Assembly: GCA_030616605.1 (NCBI GenBank)
Contig: JAUWWY010000001.1
Location: forward strand, 68,251 to 132,250
Length of the DNA stretch: 64,000 bases
Reading direction: 5' to 3'
Source of the DNA: a bacterium
Lineage (GTDB): Bacteria > Patescibacteriota > Minisyncoccia > Minisyncoccales > CG1-02-41-26
Position 1 is the first letter of the stretch; each line of letters begins with the position of its first letter. Below are positions 62,902 through 64,000 of the stretch, piece by piece. The notes under the pieces were generated by a model, which saw only the letters and a program-made list of their open reading frames with translations, had not been told where the DNA came from and made no database searches. Both the position numbers and the translations under genes were made by a program.

Positions 62902-62921
62902 AGAAAATTTTTTGCTAGAAT
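62894..62921 (+). promoter_or_regulatory. Putative promoter TTGAAT-16-TAGAAT for tRNA-Tyr/Thr and rpmG
   Basis: Hexamers were read directly. The -10 is the same TAGAAT as in the other tRNA promoter. Confidence 0.55.
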
Positions 62922-62930
62922 TTCAATAAA

Positions 62931-63013
62931 GGGTAGGTGCCAGAGTGGTCAATTGGACGTGGCTGTAAACCACGCGGCTTCGGCCTACGGGGGTTCGAAT
63001 CCCTCCCTACCCA
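62931..63013 (+). tRNA. tRNA-Tyr (GUA), long variable arm, no encoded CCA
   Basis: The cloverleaf has acceptor gggtagg/cctaccc, anticodon arm cgtgg|ctGTAaa|ccacg, a 14-nt variable arm and T arm ggggg|ttcgaat|ccctc. Confidence 0.9.
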
Positions 63014-63015
63014 TT

Positions 63016-63088
63016 GCCGATGTAGCTCAGTTGGTAGAGCATGCGCATGGTAAGCGCAAGGTCCGCGGTTCAATCCCGCGCGTCGGCT
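63016..63088 (+). tRNA. tRNA-Thr (GGU), no encoded CCA
   Basis: The cloverleaf has acceptor gccgatg/cgtcggc, anticodon arm tgcgc|atGGTaa|gcgca and T arm cgcgg|ttcaatc|ccgcg. Confidence 0.9.
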
Positions 63089-63091
63089 CAT

Positions 63092-63253
63092 ATGGCAAAA
63101 AAAAGAAAACCATTTGTAAGACTTCAATGCCAGGAATGTAAAAGGATTAATTATTATATTAAAAAATCAAAGGGTCTTGAGGATAAATTAGAATTGAAAA
63201 AATTCTGTAAATGGTGCAGAAAGCATACTTTACACAAAGAGATGAAGAAATAA
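63092..63253 (+). CDS. rpmG: 50S ribosomal protein L33
   Basis: The sequence is MAKKRKPFVRLQCQECKRINYYIKKSKGLEDKLELKKFCKWCRKHTLHKEMKK, with two CxxC pairs. It uses an internal Met of the tracked ORF 63041..63253. Confidence 0.9.
   Translation: MAKKRKPFVRLQCQECKRINYYIKKSKGLEDKLELKKFCKWCRKHTLHKEMKK
63194..63213. repeat. 20-nt exact direct repeat, copy 1 (ttgaaaaaattctgtaaatg), inside rpmG
   Basis: It is identical to 63599..63618, compared base by base. Confidence 0.9.
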
Positions 63254-63304
63254 AAAAGCCCTCCAGACGAATCCAGAGAGCCTTACAACGAGTGGAATTT
63301 TTCT

Positions 63305-63505
63305 TCAGGAAAACTCTAGAACTCCCAATCCCAGAAGAATTCCTAAGAGGGCTAAGAGAACTCTATATTCCCAATGAGCGTTTTTTGCCCATACAACTAA
63401 GCCAATACGAGGAATTTCTTTTGGAGACACAGCCAATGCTATGCTGAATACAGACACTACTAACGCAAAGATTTTAATCCCCGAAGACAAAGTTTCAGCT
63501 GTCAT
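63305..63505 (-). CDS. Hypothetical small membrane protein (66 aa, 2 TM)
   Basis: This is an internal ATG of the tracked ORF, preceded by AGGAGA 8 nt upstream. It has two hydrophobic helices (IKIFALVVSVFSIALAV; VLLALLGILLGLGVL). Confidence 0.4.
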   Translation of the reverse strand: MTAETLSSGIKIFALVVSVFSIALAVSPKEIPRIGLVVWAKNAHWEYRVLLALLGILLGLGVLEFS

Positions 63506-63552
63506 TTTTAATTCTCCTTTCTTATTTGATTGAATGTTAAGTTTCTGATAAT

Positions 63553-63582
63553 ATAATAGCATGTCTATATCAGTTTTGTCAA
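63553..63582 (-). promoter_or_regulatory. Putative minus-strand promoter TTGACA-18-TATTAT
   Basis: The reverse complement of 63553..63582 was read directly. It lies about 45 nt upstream of the 63505 start. Confidence 0.45.
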
Positions 63583-63598
63583 GCCGACAATTCTTGAT

Positions 63599-63618
63599 TT
63601 GAAAAAATTCTGTAAATG
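63599..63618. repeat. 20-nt exact direct repeat, copy 2
   Basis: It is identical to 63194..63213. Confidence 0.9.
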
Positions 63619-63693
63619 AAAAAAGGAGAGATAAAAAAAGCCCCGAGTAGAATTTGATTCTACAAGGAGCTTGGTGAGAAAGAACTACTTGAT

Positions 63694-63876
63694 TTAATCT
63701 TTGAGCCACTTGTTGATCCCGATGACGACACCGCCCCATACCATATAAGTAACCTTATGGACGATGTGCGGTACTATATCAATGTCAGTGAAATTGACAC
63801 CAATCAGATTGTCAATTAGCGCTGAAATGACAGCACCGATAACAAGGACTCCGAAACAAGCGAGTAATTTTTTCAT
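63694..63876 (-). CDS. Hypothetical small membrane protein (60 aa, 2 TM)
   Basis: The ATG has AAGGA about 10 nt upstream. The hydrophobic helices are LLACFGVLVIGAVISALI and VTYMVWGGVVIGI. A hairpin (gtagaat ttg attctac) lies downstream. Confidence 0.45.
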   Translation of the reverse strand: MKKLLACFGVLVIGAVISALIDNLIGVNFTDIDIVPHIVHKVTYMVWGGVVIGINKWLKD

Positions 63877-64000
63877 GATTTTTTCCTTTCAGAAAATAGA
63901 TTGTTAATGTTCAACTCTACCTATATTATAGCATATTGATATGGTTTGTCAATGTTTTGCGCTGTGAATTCGTGACTTGAGTTGAGAAAAATTATGGATT

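Noticed and set aside
62915-63141. ORFs 62915..63127 (-) and 62953..63141 (+), and the N-terminal part of ORF 63041..63253
   Set aside because: They are read across tRNA-Tyr and tRNA-Thr. The only credible coding part is rpmG, starting at the internal ATG at 63092.
63211-63447. Plus-strand 78-aa ORF overlapping the rpmG 3' end
   Set aside because: It starts inside rpmG in another frame, has no SD, and shows no recognisable motifs. The antisense 66-aa two-TM ORF, which has AGGAGA and its own promoter, is a better (still tentative) explanation of this region.
1-64000. Alternative genetic code (UGA recoding) and mobile elements
   Set aside because: TGA terminates well-supported genes (for example 4399..4401 and the gatB end at 47670..47672), and full-length orthologs read through without in-frame TGA. 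No transposase, integrase, inverted terminal repeats or phage structural genes were recognised.

Overview
The window is AT-rich (about 30-35% GC, estimated by eye from sampled lines), densely packed and mostly plus-strand. It uses the standard genetic code, since TGA terminates several well-supported genes. Gene content and style point to a small-genome, Candidate Phyla Radiation (Patescibacteria/Parcubacteria)-like bacterium. The evidence is Lys-rich tails on ribosomal and other housekeeping proteins, a DUF5667-type secreted protein, TM-anchored solute-binding proteins, and rplK not followed by rplA. Recognisable content:
- five tandem Leu/Ile/Val-type ABC solute-binding paralogs plus a lone livF-like ATPase
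- an infA-rpmJ-rpsM-rpsK-rpsD-rpoA-rplQ-rplM-rpsI block
- murA, two mreB paralogs, holB, frr, rseP, proS, gatCA (gatB elsewhere)
- five tRNAs in two clusters
- a higher-GC pyrD-pyrF-pyrB island
- pheST, gyrB, secE-nusG-rplK, dcd, deoC, fba, miaA, miaB, thrS, dnaE
- an rnhB-rpmF-nusB-rnc-rpsP-KH-trmD block, and rpmG

No rRNA, CRISPR array, transposase or integrase was seen.

The most interesting loci are:
1. 28.0-35.8 kb: a stand-alone PpsA/PPDK-type ATP-grasp subunit sits with three diverged paralogs that each combine a large helical domain with a C-terminal phosphohistidine swivel domain. This looks like a split, rifampin-phosphotransferase-like modular phosphotransferase.
2. 42.2-45.4 kb: genes co-transcribed behind rplK encode a DUF4430 (B12-binding-like) protein, a small polytopic membrane protein, dCTP deaminase, an MtrA-like corrinoid-type protein with DUF4346, and an archaeal-type ThyA-like enzyme.
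3. A dispersed family of 7-8 bp tandem repeats lies inside, or on the stop codons of, conserved housekeeping genes.

All functional calls rest on motif and architecture recognition by eye. No database search or folding calculation was run.
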